Of a DNA stretch of 64,000 bases, positions 1 to 10,181 are shown piece after piece. Made by a program: the position numbers and the translations under genes. The first letter of the stretch is position 1. Every line of letters starts with the position of its first letter. Source of the stretch: a virus; IMG/VR virus record IMGVR_UViG_3300022752_000021. One strand, written 5' to 3'. A model generated the notes under the pieces. The model was given only the letters and a program-made list of their open reading frames with translations. It was not told the DNA's origin and searched no databases.

Positions 1-2192
1 TTCACAATGTTTGGTGCAAAAACATTGACCCCAAAGTTTGCCTCTATATTGCTGATGCTGAATAGATTTGTGCCAGTATTATCAACTCCGTTGTATATTG
101 TAAAAACACCAATATTGTTCTCAAGGTAAGTATTGGTTGCTGTCGTTCCACTTCTGCCTAGTCTTATACCACCAACTCTACTCGCACCACCAGATGCTGC
201 CTGTGCAATGCGTAAACCTGCTCCATCGGTGGAAGCAATGATATCCACCGTGTTTGTCGTTGATGTGGCAGCAATCGTTGAATCGAATGTCGCACCGCTT
301 GTCACATACAGATTCGAAGCAGTCAAACCACCATCAATAACAACAACAGAATTTGCTGGATCTAGTATTATAGATCCATCACCAGTTGCTATCGTTGCAT
401 TCGATGTATCGTGGTTAATTCTAACATAGTCATTAGCAGTGCTGCCACCAGCATAAATGTATAAAGTTGGATGTGCATGATCTGTTGTTGGTATTCTATT
501 AGAACTTGTTCTTTGATTATTTTGAACTAAAACCAAAGAACCACTTGATGATGAATTTTGATCCCCTGTCAATAGACCAATGGACAAACATTGTTGTCCG
601 CCACTACTTCTCTGTGAAAGTGTGTAATATGATGATGCACCAAAAGTAAAATCTTTGCCGTCGCTAATATTACAATTGGTATCATATAAAAAACTACCAG
701 CATTTAGTGTGCCATCGGAAGATCTAACAGTTCCTAATTTTACACCATATGTCCATGTTGTCGTATCAATATACATTCCATAAGCACTAGCACTGGTCGG
801 TGCTGGCATGATGTCAACTCTACCATTTGTTGAATTTTGTATATACTCATCATTTGGTAGTATCAAAGTTCCAGTAGTTAAATCCACATTTCCGCTAACG
901 ATTACTGAATCAGATGGATTGGATAAAAATAGTTGATTGGAACCATCATTAACAAATATGTAAGTGCTATTTCCATCACCATTGTAATCGCCTATGGAAG
1001 TTGTGTTAAATGCATCACCAATGTTTAAATTTGATATTGAAGTCAAATTACCACTGCCATTAAACTTTATCGTTGATCCAGAACTAAATGTTGCACCAGA
1101 AGCAGAAATACCAGCAGAAAAAGATTGTAATTGTGTAAAGGTTTGTGCTATATTTGTTTTCGCAACATTCGTAACAGCACCAGTTGCACCATTGACTGAA
1201 GTAACATAATCCGTTGGAATAGCACCTGTTGCACCTGTGTTGCCTTGAATTCCTTGAGAACCTGTTGCACCTGTTGCACCTGTTGCTCCTTGAGAACCTG
1301 TAGCACCTATTGCACCTGTGGCTCCAGTTGGTCCAAGTTGAGTATACATTACCTGATGAGCAGTAAGAATTACCGATGGGATTGCTGGTCTAGTAGGACT
1401 AGTTCCCGCTGGATCTGCAATAAGTTCTAAACGAGTATCTGATGTTCGCCACATCAATTCAACATAATCGTTAGCACTAACTTGGAGCATATAGTTCCAA
1501 GCAGCAACGGTTTTTGCTGCTAACGCGCTACCAGAAACAGTGACAATAGTATTACTATCTGGAACATCTGTTCCATTTTTACGGAACCATATATCAATAG
1601 TATCTGTGCCAGATCCCGAAACTCTATCTGCCTGTGCAGAAAATTCAATGTTGTATACACCAGCATGACTAAATGTAATTTGTGAGTTAGAAACTATACT
1701 TACACCATTAGAATTTGGATCTGTGTTGTTGTAAGTAATAGGATAAGCAAGTGTAGTTCCTGCTGCCACTTGATCTTGAGTTGACCAAAAACTACCCCAA
1801 TATCCTAATGCTCCTCCTGCACCAGTATTTCCCTGAATTCCTTGCGGACCAGTAGCACCTGTGGCTCCAGTGTTGCCTTGGATTCCTTGAGAACCTGTAG
1901 CACCTGTGGCTCCAGTGTTGCCTTGGATTCCTTGAGAACCTGTAGCACCCGTAGCACCTGTTGCACCTTGAGAACCTGTAGCACCTGTAGCACCTGTATT
2001 TCCTTGAGAACCTGTAGCACCTGTCGCTCCAGAACCACCGCCACCACCAACAATCTGTATTGTTTCTCCAGTTGTACCACCAACATACAAAATGGCATCA
2101 GTCACATTGACGGCAAGTTCGCCGTATGTGAGTCCAGAGGGAACAACCCCCGCAGTTAAGCCTCTCTTGATCTTGATGGTAGTATCTGCCAT
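1..2192 (-). CDS. Collagen-repeat tail fibre / surface fibre protein, 3' end beyond the window
   Basis: Not in the ORF track (no stop inside the window). ATG at 2192 reads [32 protein letters not shown] (fibre N-terminal motif), then GATGSQG collagen blocks, a C1q/BclA-like beta domain ([16 protein letters not shown]...WFRKNG...NDYVELMW) and [11 protein letters not shown] fibre repeats. The frame is still open at the left edge. Confidence 0.75.
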   Translation of the reverse strand, partial: MADTTIKIKRGLTAGVVPSGLTYGELAVNVTDAILYVGGTTGETIQIVGGGGGSGATGATGSQGNTGATGATGSQGATGATGATGSQGIQGNTGATGATGSQGIQGNTGATGATGPQGIQGNTGAGGALGYWGSFWSTQDQVAAGTTLAYPITYNNTDPNSNGVSIVSNSQITFSHAGVYNIEFSAQADRVSGSGTDTIDIWFRKNGTDVPDSNTIVTVSGSALAAKTVAAWNYMLQVSANDYVELMWRTSDTRLELIADPAGTSPTRPAIPSVILTAHQVMYTQLGPTGATGAIGATGSQGATGATGATGSQGIQGNTGATGAIPTDYVTSVNGATGAVTNVAKTNIAQTFTQLQSFSAGISASGATFSSGSTIKFNGSGNLTSISNLNIGDAFNTTSIGDYNGDGNSTYIFVNDGSNQLFLSNPSDSVIVSGNVDLTTGTLILPNDEYIQNSTNGRVDIMPAPTSASAYGMYIDTTTWTYGVKLGTVRSSDGTLNAGSFLYDTNCNISDGKDFTFGASSYYTLSQRSSGGQQCLSIGLLTGDQNSSSSGSLVLVQNNQRTSSNRIPTTDHAHPTLYIYAGGSTANDYVRINHDTSNATIATGDGSIILDPANSVVVIDGGLTASNLYVTSGATFDSTIAATSTTNTVDIIASTDGAGLRIAQAASGGASRVGGIRLGRSGTTATNTYLENNIGVFTIYNGVDNTGTNLFSISNIEANFGVNVFAPNIV
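1852..1941. repeat. Two identical 45-bp tandem repeats inside the collagen block
   Basis: gtagcacctgtggctccagtgttgccttggattccttgagaacct at 1852-1896 and 1897-1941. Confidence 0.9.
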
Positions 2193-2222
2193 TTTTATCC
2201 TTTATTTACATATTTATTTCTT

Positions 2223-3401
2223 CTAGAAGACACCGCCATCAAGAACATTTGGTATTGATCCAGTAGCACCAGTGATGTTGACAACAACACCACCACCAGC
2301 CTGTGTAACACTAACACCACTTCCACGGAAGTCTATGTCGTTGATGGTGGATCGAATGTACTTGCCATTCAACTTTACGCCGACACCACCACCCGAAGCA
2401 GCAAGCCAGTCAAGTTTGGAGATATCGAAGTTCTTGTTTGCAAGAGGAGCAAAGATCTTCTCCATCTTGTCTAAAAGGTTCTTGCTGTCGAGCGTGACTA
2501 TCTTCTTGGTCTTGTCATAGACGAGTGGATACTGAACATCAATGATGGCATCCTCACCAGCATCTCCTTTGTCACCCTTGTCGCCCTTTGGACCTTGGAT
2601 TCCCTGTTCACCGCGACTACCTACCTCGCCCCTCTCGCCTTTCTCGCCCTTTGAACCTTGGAGTCCCTGCGGACCGCGTTCACCTTTTTGACCTTTGATT
2701 CCGCGTTCGCCTTGGATTCCTTGTTCTCCGCGCTCTCCTTGGATTCCTTGGATTCCCTGCGGTCCTTGGTCGCCTTTTTCACCGCGTTCACCTTTTTCAC
2801 CTTTTTCACCACGTTCGCCTTTTTCGCCGCGTTCGCCTTGGATTCCTTGCTCCCCACGCTCTCCTTGGATTCCTTGCTCGCCCCGTTCACCTCTTTGACC
2901 AGGTTCGCCAGTATCTCCCTTTTCGCCTTTCTCGCCGCGTTCGCCCTTCTCCCCTTGCTGTCCCTGCGCCCCAACTGGACCTCTTTCTCCAGGAAAGCCA
3001 GTATAGCCTCGCTCTCCGCGCTCACCTTTTTCCCCTTTTGGACCCTGTATTCCACCAACTGCTTTACTTTGTTCCGTAATCGCTTTAGGCTTTTCTTTCC
3101 GAGTCTTCTCAAGGGGTATCTCCTTTGGAATGCATCTCTCCACAAGTGAGAACATCATGTCTATCTTGAGGGGATCTCCCACAAGAACAACATGTCCGAC
3201 ATCTTCATTGAAGAGACAGATTCTGTGATTGCCTTCACCTTTTCGGTAGACGAATGGGTGTACGGCTTCTGATTCAGAAACTACGTTGAAGTTTATTCCA
3301 CGGGGGATATCCTTTAGGTTTGACTTCAACGAGAAAACATCGCCAAGGTTTCCCTTGGAGATGCTTCCTGAGCCAATGAAGCCGCTAAAGTTGTCAACCA
3401 T
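2223..3401 (-). CDS. Collagen-like triple-helix repeat protein
   Basis: About 55 consecutive Gly-X-Y triplets (GEKGERGEQGIQ...). C-terminus ends VLDGGVF, a typical phage fibre terminus. Late-type CCTAAATA lies upstream. Confidence 0.85.
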   Translation of the reverse strand: MVDNFSGFIGSGSISKGNLGDVFSLKSNLKDIPRGINFNVVSESEAVHPFVYRKGEGNHRICLFNEDVGHVVLVGDPLKIDMMFSLVERCIPKEIPLEKTRKEKPKAITEQSKAVGGIQGPKGEKGERGERGYTGFPGERGPVGAQGQQGEKGERGEKGEKGDTGEPGQRGERGEQGIQGERGEQGIQGERGEKGERGEKGEKGERGEKGDQGPQGIQGIQGERGEQGIQGERGIKGQKGERGPQGLQGSKGEKGERGEVGSRGEQGIQGPKGDKGDKGDAGEDAIIDVQYPLVYDKTKKIVTLDSKNLLDKMEKIFAPLANKNFDISKLDWLAASGGGVGVKLNGKYIRSTINDIDFRGSGVSVTQAGGGVVVNITGATGSIPNVLDGGVF

Positions 3402-3440
3402 CCTGTGAAATCCTCATCTACAATACACCTGTATTTAGGT

Positions 3441-4139
3441 TTACTTGTAGATTGCCTTCCACGAATATGGGAATAGTGGTTCAATGAGTTTAGCAATGGC
3501 TGCTGCATATTCCCTAACTTCCCATTGTGCATGATCATCAGATCGTAGCGAACAAACTCTTGCATATCCCGCAAGAGAACCAGTCCACCACCATTCGGTG
3601 TACATGGATTGAGGAAGAGCAAATCTAGCCTGTTCTGGTGCTACACCAGCGGCTAGGAGTTCCTTGTAGGTGTCAAGAGCATCATCACAGAGATTCTTGT
3701 ACGATTCGTCCTGCATCGTGGTACCAGTCATAAATTCTGAACTACCTTGCTTGGCTCCATTGGTTGGCGCACCACGCCAGAACGGAGTGTAGTACTCAGG
3801 TTCTTCTTTGACATAGCGACGAGAAACCTCATTCTCGACAAATCCAACCTTATGCTTGAACAATTGTGTTCGAATGGAAATTGGTGCTTTGATATGCAAG
3901 CAAATTTGTGGGTGTGCGAATGGAGTCCAATGTTTATTGTTTGCAAGGTACTTGATCAGATTTCCATCTTCCTTTTCGCGGAATTTAGAAACTTCTTTTG
4001 CAAAAGACACACGGGCAGCATTGACCACCATGAGATCGTTTCCCATGTGATCGATGTATCTGACGAAACCCTTGTCGAGTACATTTATCTTTTGCGGATC
4101 ACTAGGCTTGTTCTGCTGTATTCCCTGAAAGATCAACAT
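3441..4139 (-). CDS. thyX: Flavin-dependent thymidylate synthase
   Basis: VVNAARVSF, HWTPFAH, RTQLFKH..ENEVSRRYV, PEQARFALP, HAQWEVR motifs. Confidence 0.93.
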   Translation of the reverse strand: MLIFQGIQQNKPSDPQKINVLDKGFVRYIDHMGNDLMVVNAARVSFAKEVSKFREKEDGNLIKYLANNKHWTPFAHPQICLHIKAPISIRTQLFKHKVGFVENEVSRRYVKEEPEYYTPFWRGAPTNGAKQGSSEFMTGTTMQDESYKNLCDDALDTYKELLAAGVAPEQARFALPQSMYTEWWWTGSLAGYARVCSLRSDDHAQWEVREYAAAIAKLIEPLFPYSWKAIYK

Positions 4140-4320
4140 ATGTAAACTCCACTCCTTCTATATCCGTAAATGTTTTTGCGTAGTCAACGGCTCTTTTCCA
4201 AAGTTCAGGATTTACTTCTTTGATGTATTCCTGAAAATGATGTGTGAATTCAAGAAATGCCTGTGTCAACTTTTCGGCTTCTTCTCGTTCATCGTCGTTT
4301 AGATCGTCACTTTCTTCCAT
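4102..4320 (-). CDS. Small acidic hypothetical protein
   Basis: Fills the gap between primase and thyX. Probable start MEESDD at 4320, with GAGG upstream. Confidence 0.6.
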   Translation of the reverse strand: MEESDDLNDDEREEAEKLTQAFLEFTHHFQEYIKEVNPELWKRAVDYAKTFTDIEGVEFTYVDLSGNTAEQA

Positions 4321-5357
4321 CGGGCAAACCTCAACTTTGCTTCTGCGCCACTGCATATACAGTTCTTCATGGCTTTTTGTATACTAGCGACGCTCATACC
4401 AGCAACAACCATGTCATTGATATCTTTTTGTGTGATTCCACTATCCCACACCACAACTTCATGCCCAAGGTCGATGTGCTTCTTCAACTGAGAAACAACG
4501 GCAATGTTTCTAGGCTCATTATCTAGTGCGAATATCAATCGTCTTCCCAACAAAGGCTTTGGAATATTTGAACCATCATTGATTCCAATCATTGCAACTG
4601 CATTTGGAATGAAGAGTGAGTCCAATGGACCTTCGAAGACATAGACATCTCCATCTGAATCCAATCGTTCCATTCCATACCACAACTTCTCAATGGTCTT
4701 GTCTCCCTTGAGAGTAATGTATCGTGCAGTTCTTCGTGCATTTCGATCATCCACAATCGACAATGCCCTTCCCTGAGCAGCGACCATGCTGCCATGCTTG
4801 TCGAAGATTGGAATGACAAGTCTTGGAGTGGATTCAACTGCTGCCTCTGGATCAACAAGTTTTGCCCACTTTGCAAAATCACTTGAATAGTAGAGTATGT
4901 CCCAATGCTTTCTTGGTATCTGCCTCAACTCCACAAACTGCCTACAGACATGATTATCTGGAAGATCAGAAACCTTCTTCAGTTTGTCGAGTGGTGTGCC
5001 TTCTTTTGCTTCAAAAGGCTTTTTGAAAAGCCCGAACATCTCTTCCTCCTTTGGTTTGGTGTAGTTTGAATGCCCCATCTCACCGTTTCTCCACCGTTCA
5101 AGGGAGTACTCCTTGCACATTGCTGGTGCAAAGAGTTCAAGAAACTTATACATCGTGTGGCTTGCACCGCAGTTATGACATCTGAAAAACATGTCATTTT
5201 GCTTTTGGTAGAAATATCCACGCGCCTTTGCCTTATTCTTCTTTGAGTCCCCACAAAGAGGACATCGAAAGTTGGCGAGATCCTGCTTCTTCCAAGCGAA
5301 TCTATCAAGACGCGGTGAGAGAAGATTTATGTACTTCTTGTCGATGAAAAGTGACAT
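4299..5357 (-). CDS. gp61: DNA primase (T4 gp61-like)
   Basis: Zn ribbon NFRCPLCGDS...RCHNC; TOPRIM VFEGPLDSLF, DNEPRN, KDINDM. Confidence 0.95.
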   Translation of the reverse strand: MSLFIDKKYINLLSPRLDRFAWKKQDLANFRCPLCGDSKKNKAKARGYFYQKQNDMFFRCHNCGASHTMYKFLELFAPAMCKEYSLERWRNGEMGHSNYTKPKEEEMFGLFKKPFEAKEGTPLDKLKKVSDLPDNHVCRQFVELRQIPRKHWDILYYSSDFAKWAKLVDPEAAVESTPRLVIPIFDKHGSMVAAQGRALSIVDDRNARRTARYITLKGDKTIEKLWYGMERLDSDGDVYVFEGPLDSLFIPNAVAMIGINDGSNIPKPLLGRRLIFALDNEPRNIAVVSQLKKHIDLGHEVVVWDSGITQKDINDMVVAGMSVASIQKAMKNCICSGAEAKLRFARWKKVTI

Positions 5358-6751
5358 TAGTCGAAGTTCCAGTCATCGTATTTATCGTTTGCGGAAGGTA
5401 CTCCGTTTCCCTTTCCGTTGTTCTTAACACCATCTTCACTCTTCCCAAAACCCTCGTCCCCGACGATTGGGCTGTCCACATCAAGCAACTTCATTTTAGA
5501 TCTGTCAATTCCAACCACAAACTTCTTGTTACGGGAGACATCATTGTAGCGATTCTTCAATTGCTTGACCATGACCTGACCCTGCTCCTCAAGTTCCTCC
5601 GTAGAGATCAGAGCAAACATGAGATCGGCAGTCGCAGGAAGTCCAAATGATTCCGATGTATTCTCAAGCCCCACATCGGTATTGTTGAACCCACCTCGGT
5701 TGACCTGAGTTGCTGAGAAGATAGGAACATCGAACTCCACCGCAAGACCACGAAGTTCCTCTGCGATTGCCTTGACGAATGTGTAGGAATTCACACTTGC
5801 ATTCATCTTCAGTCGAGCAGAAGCACAGATGTTCAGATAGTCGATGAAGATGATGTCTGGCTCAAAGTTCTTCTTCATCTTCAAGTCATTCAGCAATGCA
5901 CGAAAATGATTCGCATTTGCAGTTGCCGTTGGATACTCCTTGATGATGAGCCTACCCGTGTACTTCTTCCGAATCTGCTGCATCTTCTTGTTGTATAGAT
6001 CGGCAGGAAGTTTCTTTAGATCCTCCATCGGAAGATCCATAAGATTGGCATCTATGCGCTCTGCAATTCGTTCTTCTGCCATCTCACAGGTGATGTAGAG
6101 GACATCAAGGTTCTGTGTCAGACAAGCCGATGCATGGTGACACATGAACAGGGACTTGCCCACGCCCGTACCAGCCATGATGATGTTGAGAGTCTTGCGA
6201 GGAACACCACCATTCGTGATGGTGTTGAACTGCTCAATGTCAAATGGAATCTTATTCTCTACTCTGTGGTAGAACTCGTATCGCTTTCCATAGTCTTCGA
6301 TGTAATCGTGACCGATGTTTGTATCGAAGGAGACTGCCAAGGCATCGGAAAGCATCTTTGGTAAAAATCCAACATCTTTGTCCTTGGACTTTCCATCAAT
6401 GATATGAATCGACTCAAGGATGGCATTGTAGATTGCCTTATCCTTGCAGAACTTTTCTGTGTGGTCAACAAGCCACTCAAGATCGGGACTCTTGCTGTCA
6501 TCGAACATCTTGTCGAGATTCTGAATACATTGCTTCATTACCTCTGGTTCGACATTCGTCTTGGCATCAAGAATGATTTCTAATGCCCCGCGAGTAGGCA
6601 TGGAGTTGTACTTGTCGAGATAGTCAGACACCATTCTGAAGATAATCTTGGTGTCCCTATCAGCGAAATAGTCCTCCTTGAGAAAGGGGAGGACTTTTCG
6701 GAAGTACTGGTCGTTGCGTGTTAGTTCACGCAGGATGGTCAGTTCGATCAT
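5357..6751 (-). CDS. gp41: Replicative DnaB-like helicase (T4 gp41-like)
   Basis: Walker A AGTGVGKS, ERIAERIDAN, IIKEYPT, IDYLNIC, SESFGLPATAD, QLKNRY. Confidence 0.97.
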   Translation of the reverse strand: MIELTILRELTRNDQYFRKVLPFLKEDYFADRDTKIIFRMVSDYLDKYNSMPTRGALEIILDAKTNVEPEVMKQCIQNLDKMFDDSKSPDLEWLVDHTEKFCKDKAIYNAILESIHIIDGKSKDKDVGFLPKMLSDALAVSFDTNIGHDYIEDYGKRYEFYHRVENKIPFDIEQFNTITNGGVPRKTLNIIMAGTGVGKSLFMCHHASACLTQNLDVLYITCEMAEERIAERIDANLMDLPMEDLKKLPADLYNKKMQQIRKKYTGRLIIKEYPTATANANHFRALLNDLKMKKNFEPDIIFIDYLNICASARLKMNASVNSYTFVKAIAEELRGLAVEFDVPIFSATQVNRGGFNNTDVGLENTSESFGLPATADLMFALISTEELEEQGQVMVKQLKNRYNDVSRNKKFVVGIDRSKMKLLDVDSPIVGDEGFGKSEDGVKNNGKGNGVPSANDKYDDWNFD

Positions 6752-6758
6752 GTAGGTA

Positions 6759-6786
6759 AGTATAGTGTCGGATCAGGTGATGTCAA
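6759..6786 (-). promoter_or_regulatory. Sigma70-type promoter, probably giving a leaderless gp41 mRNA
   Basis: TTGACA-N16-TATACT-N7-ATG on the minus strand; no SD. Confidence 0.7.
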
Positions 6787-7693
6787 GGTTGCTTATCCAA
6801 TCATCGACAGATATTTTAGGTTCCCATTTCAACTTGTCTTTTATTCTTTGAATGTTTGCCTGTGTTATCATTGCCTCTCCTTGTCGAGCAGGAAGAAACT
6901 CAAATGGAAGTTTACTATCCCACCTATCACGCATCAGTTCGGCAATCATTTTGATTGTTATGCTCTTTCCAGTTCCCACATTGTAAATGCACCCACATTG
7001 CAGATCAGAAGATTCTGCACCAGCAATCAATGCCCGACAGACATCATCAACATGGACGAAATCCCTACTTTGATTGCCATTTCCAGTTATGGTCAAAGCC
7101 TTACCTTCTCGTAATAACCGTTGAAAGATTCCAAGAACAAGTGCATACTGTCCTTTCTTTGGCATCCTGTTTCCATAGATGTTGAACCCACGAAAACATG
7201 CTGTATCCAAGCCATAGTTGGTAGAATACATCTTGCAAAGATTCTCACCAAAAAACTTAGAATAAGAGTAGGCATTTAGACAATCTTGAACATCCCATTC
7301 TAGATTCGGAGGCTCGCGCATTCCGTAGATTGCGGATGTACTCATGAAGATGAATCTATTAGCAGAATGCTTCTTGGCAAGAGAAAGCATGGTTTCCGTG
7401 CCAAGAACATTTGTCTCCATGCACTTACCAGGATCATTTATGCAGTTCTGAATACGAGCCTCTGCTGCTAAATGAAACACCACATCTGGTCTGTGTCGCC
7501 CAAAAACATCAGAACACATCACATAATCGGTGATGTTGTATTGATAGTAGGTTGCCCTGTCGTTGTAGTAAAAGTGGTCGTGAGCATCGGAAGATAGGTT
7601 GTCGATGCCTACTACAGTATGTCCTTGCGATACGAGCATATCAACAAGGTTTGACCCGATAAATCCACAAGAACCTGTTATCAAACATTTCAC
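6773..7693 (-). CDS. NAD-dependent nucleotide-sugar epimerase/dehydratase (extended SDR)
   Basis: GSCGFIGS NAD-binding motif, HLAA, STSAIYG, YSYSK catalytic YxxxK, FNIYG, RDFVHVDDV. Confidence 0.92.
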   Translation of the reverse strand: MKCLITGSCGFIGSNLVDMLVSQGHTVVGIDNLSSDAHDHFYYNDRATYYQYNITDYVMCSDVFGRHRPDVVFHLAAEARIQNCINDPGKCMETNVLGTETMLSLAKKHSANRFIFMSTSAIYGMREPPNLEWDVQDCLNAYSYSKFFGENLCKMYSTNYGLDTACFRGFNIYGNRMPKKGQYALVLGIFQRLLREGKALTITGNGNQSRDFVHVDDVCRALIAGAESSDLQCGCIYNVGTGKSITIKMIAELMRDRWDSKLPFEFLPARQGEAMITQANIQRIKDKLKWEPKISVDDWISNLDIT

Positions 7694-8394
7694 GATATAA
7701 AGTCCTTATTTGGGTCGGTATCTGGATGAGGGGAATAATCAACCACACCATTAAACATTTTTTCTTTTAATAGTTTTACTGAAGAAAATTTATTAAGTTT
7801 ATATTTCCAAACAGATCTACATCTGAAAGACCATTCTATGTCTTCACCCTCTCCCCACCCACGCCTCTCATCAAGAGGATGTGTTTGCATAAAATATTTT
7901 TTTGCACACCAATATGTTCCAGAAATATACATTTGATCAGTTTTTTTATTTTCTTCGTATGAAATGAATTCTGGTCCGCCCCACCAATTAGTAGAAATAA
8001 TCCAATCTCTAAATCTTCTACCATCAATTCGTCTAATTGGATTCATACACACATCCCAATCAGAACCAAAGTTTTGATATCCCTTGTACCAACCTTTGCA
8101 TAAACTAACATAATCATGCATGTAGCAGATATTTTCATGTAGAGCAACATGTGTTATTATATTTTTCTTTCGTGTTATCCATGCTGGTTTTTGACTTTCA
8201 TCAAAGTCAACAAATACAATTCGTACACCCATGTTCGCTTTATCTTGTAAGATGTCTATGACTTCTTTATTTCGCTGTCCGACCAATAACAATTCGTAGT
8301 CGGAAACTGCCATGTCATCTTGATTGCAAATTGAATCCACAAGTGATTTCAAATAAGTGGCAGATCCCAAGCATATCCCGAATGTCCACTTCAT
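7690..8394 (-). CDS. Putative GT-A fold glycosyltransferase
   Basis: MKWTFGIC start, WITRKKN, YMHDYV, WGEGEDIEWS (GT2-like ED motif); operon context. Confidence 0.55.
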   Translation of the reverse strand: MKWTFGICLGSATYLKSLVDSICNQDDMAVSDYELLLVGQRNKEVIDILQDKANMGVRIVFVDFDESQKPAWITRKKNIITHVALHENICYMHDYVSLCKGWYKGYQNFGSDWDVCMNPIRRIDGRRFRDWIISTNWWGGPEFISYEENKKTDQMYISGTYWCAKKYFMQTHPLDERRGWGEGEDIEWSFRCRSVWKYKLNKFSSVKLLKEKMFNGVVDYSPHPDTDPNKDFIS

Positions 8395-8825
8395 TTATTT
8401 CTCCAAAGATTTGGATAATCTGTACATATACCCCAAACAGTTGGTATAGTTTTTGGTTCACCCAATTCCACAGTTACCGCTTTATGGTTATAGTTACCAG
8501 GATACATCCATAAAATTCCGCCACTTGTTAGTGTCATCTTGTCTGTTTCATGCCAAAAACAAATCACACCATCCATGAGTAGTAGTTGTTCCATCGCTTC
8601 GATATTCTTGGCATGACACCACAATGCAGCAGCGCGAACTAAGATCCAACTAGAATCTACATGATATGTCGGCGCGTCATGTCCTAAGAAGAACTCACCA
8701 TCGACAAACCAAACATCAATTTCAACATCAAAACCAAGATCCAATGCCTGTTGAATGTATGTTGGATTGTTCTCGCAGTCGGGCTTTCTACCATCAATAT
8801 TGCCTCGGTGAGATATGATTTTCAT
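8391..8825 (-). CDS. GDPD/PLC-like phosphodiesterase-family protein
   Basis: IISHRGN...ENN...ALDLGFDVEIDV...LGHD...GICTDY. Confidence 0.75.
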   Translation of the reverse strand: MKIISHRGNIDGRKPDCENNPTYIQQALDLGFDVEIDVWFVDGEFFLGHDAPTYHVDSSWILVRAAALWCHAKNIEAMEQLLLMDGVICFWHETDKMTLTSGGILWMYPGNYNHKAVTVELGEPKTIPTVWGICTDYPNLWRNK

Positions 8826-9541
8826 CTATACTTCCTGTTCGTATAGGCATTAAGGTCTTCGGGCGTTCCTATCCCATGCATTTTATCAACAAAGAACGGA
8901 ATTAGGGTTCCACCCCAACCAATCAATTCGTTGTAGACAGGAGCAATGTAGAACTCATTGTTCACACGGATGTTCTTTTCAATCATCTGTTCTGCTGCCT
9001 TCACAAAGTCAGACCCCCTGCGATACCAATAGATGCCACAAGTGGCAATATCGGATATGGGATTCTTTTCAGCAACCTCCGTAATAACCCCGCGAGCATT
9101 CGTCTTCACAAACGACCACTTTGGGTGTACTGCACGGAAGCAGAATACCAAGGCATCAACAGTGGAGAAGTTCTTGATGTACTGGAAGTTCTCTGGACTA
9201 TATTCGATGATCTGATCTGAGTTAGCAATCAAAAGATCATCGTCGTTATTGATATGATCTTTGGCAAGCAGTGCGGTGCAAGCAGCACCCTCAGTCAAAC
9301 CATCAACCTCCACCACCTTGTACTTGCCATTGGTGATTCGATCTAGGGTGGATTGTAGACCAGCATACTTGTCGAGGTGTTCCTTGCGAACAAGAAAGAT
9401 GTATGTCGCATCAAAATCTAGGTTCTCGACGACACGCTGAATCATTGGCTTGCCTTCAACATCAATCAGAGGCTTGGGGAAAGTATAGCCTTCCTTTGCA
9501 AACCTGCTTCCCTCCCCTGCCATTGGTATCAGAATCTTCAT
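8822..9541 (-). CDS. Sugar-phosphate nucleotidyltransferase (NTP_transferase family)
   Basis: IPMAGEGSRF..GY..PKPLI, TEGAACT, ANSDQ, EVAEKNPIS, NNEFYIAP, GTPEDL. Confidence 0.88.
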   Translation of the reverse strand: MKILIPMAGEGSRFAKEGYTFPKPLIDVEGKPMIQRVVENLDFDATYIFLVRKEHLDKYAGLQSTLDRITNGKYKVVEVDGLTEGAACTALLAKDHINNDDDLLIANSDQIIEYSPENFQYIKNFSTVDALVFCFRAVHPKWSFVKTNARGVITEVAEKNPISDIATCGIYWYRRGSDFVKAAEQMIEKNIRVNNEFYIAPVYNELIGWGGTLIPFFVDKMHGIGTPEDLNAYTNRKYR

Positions 9542-10179
9542 AGTTCGTTCTCCATAAACCTCAAGTATCCATCAAGAGTCACCTTCCTGTGATCGGTCAC
9601 AGCCCAAAGATGCCCTGCCACGCTGTTCACCACTGCCATGATTCCCTTCGGGGAGTCTTCCACGCATAGACATGAGATCGGATTCACCCCAAGTTTGGCA
9701 ATCGCCAGGTTGTAGCAATCAGGATGGGGTTTGTTACTCTTCACCATCTCGTTGGTCACAAGTAAGTCGATGTATTCCATCTGTCCCGTTGCCGTGAGCA
9801 TTTTCCTAGCCGTCTCCTCTATGGAGTTGGTCACACAGGCTATCTTGATTCCCCGCTCCCTGAGATACCTGTGAAGTTCGATCTTCTCAGGCATGATCTT
9901 AGCCGACTTCCATATGATGTCAAGGGTGTGCCTCTGCTTTTGCTCGTTGATCCTAGATGCTGCATCGTCGGGAATGCCCAGCATCTGCAACTTTACCCGA
10001 GTGGGAAGCCCATTGTATGTGGAGAGATGCGACTCGCGGTTGATTGCCTTGTACCCAGCCTCGACCAATGCCGAGTTCAGGGCATCGTAGTGCCAATCAC
10101 ATGCATCGACAAGCACCCCATCCAGATCGAAGAGAACTGCACTAATGTATGGCGGTAATATCTTGATAGTTTTCACCAT
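9538..10179 (-). CDS. HAD-superfamily phosphatase
   Basis: FDLDGVLVD motif I, VTNS, KPHPD, VEDSPKG. Confidence 0.9.
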   Translation of the reverse strand: MVKTIKILPPYISAVLFDLDGVLVDACDWHYDALNSALVEAGYKAINRESHLSTYNGLPTRVKLQMLGIPDDAASRINEQKQRHTLDIIWKSAKIMPEKIELHRYLRERGIKIACVTNSIEETARKMLTATGQMEYIDLLVTNEMVKSNKPHPDCYNLAIAKLGVNPISCLCVEDSPKGIMAVVNSVAGHLWAVTDHRKVTLDGYLRFMENEL

Positions 10180-10181
10180 TG

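Noticed and set aside
1220-3053. CRISPR-like or DGR-like repeats
   Set aside because: The repeats are codon-periodic Gly-X-Y coding repeats without spacers; no cas or reverse transcriptase gene is present.
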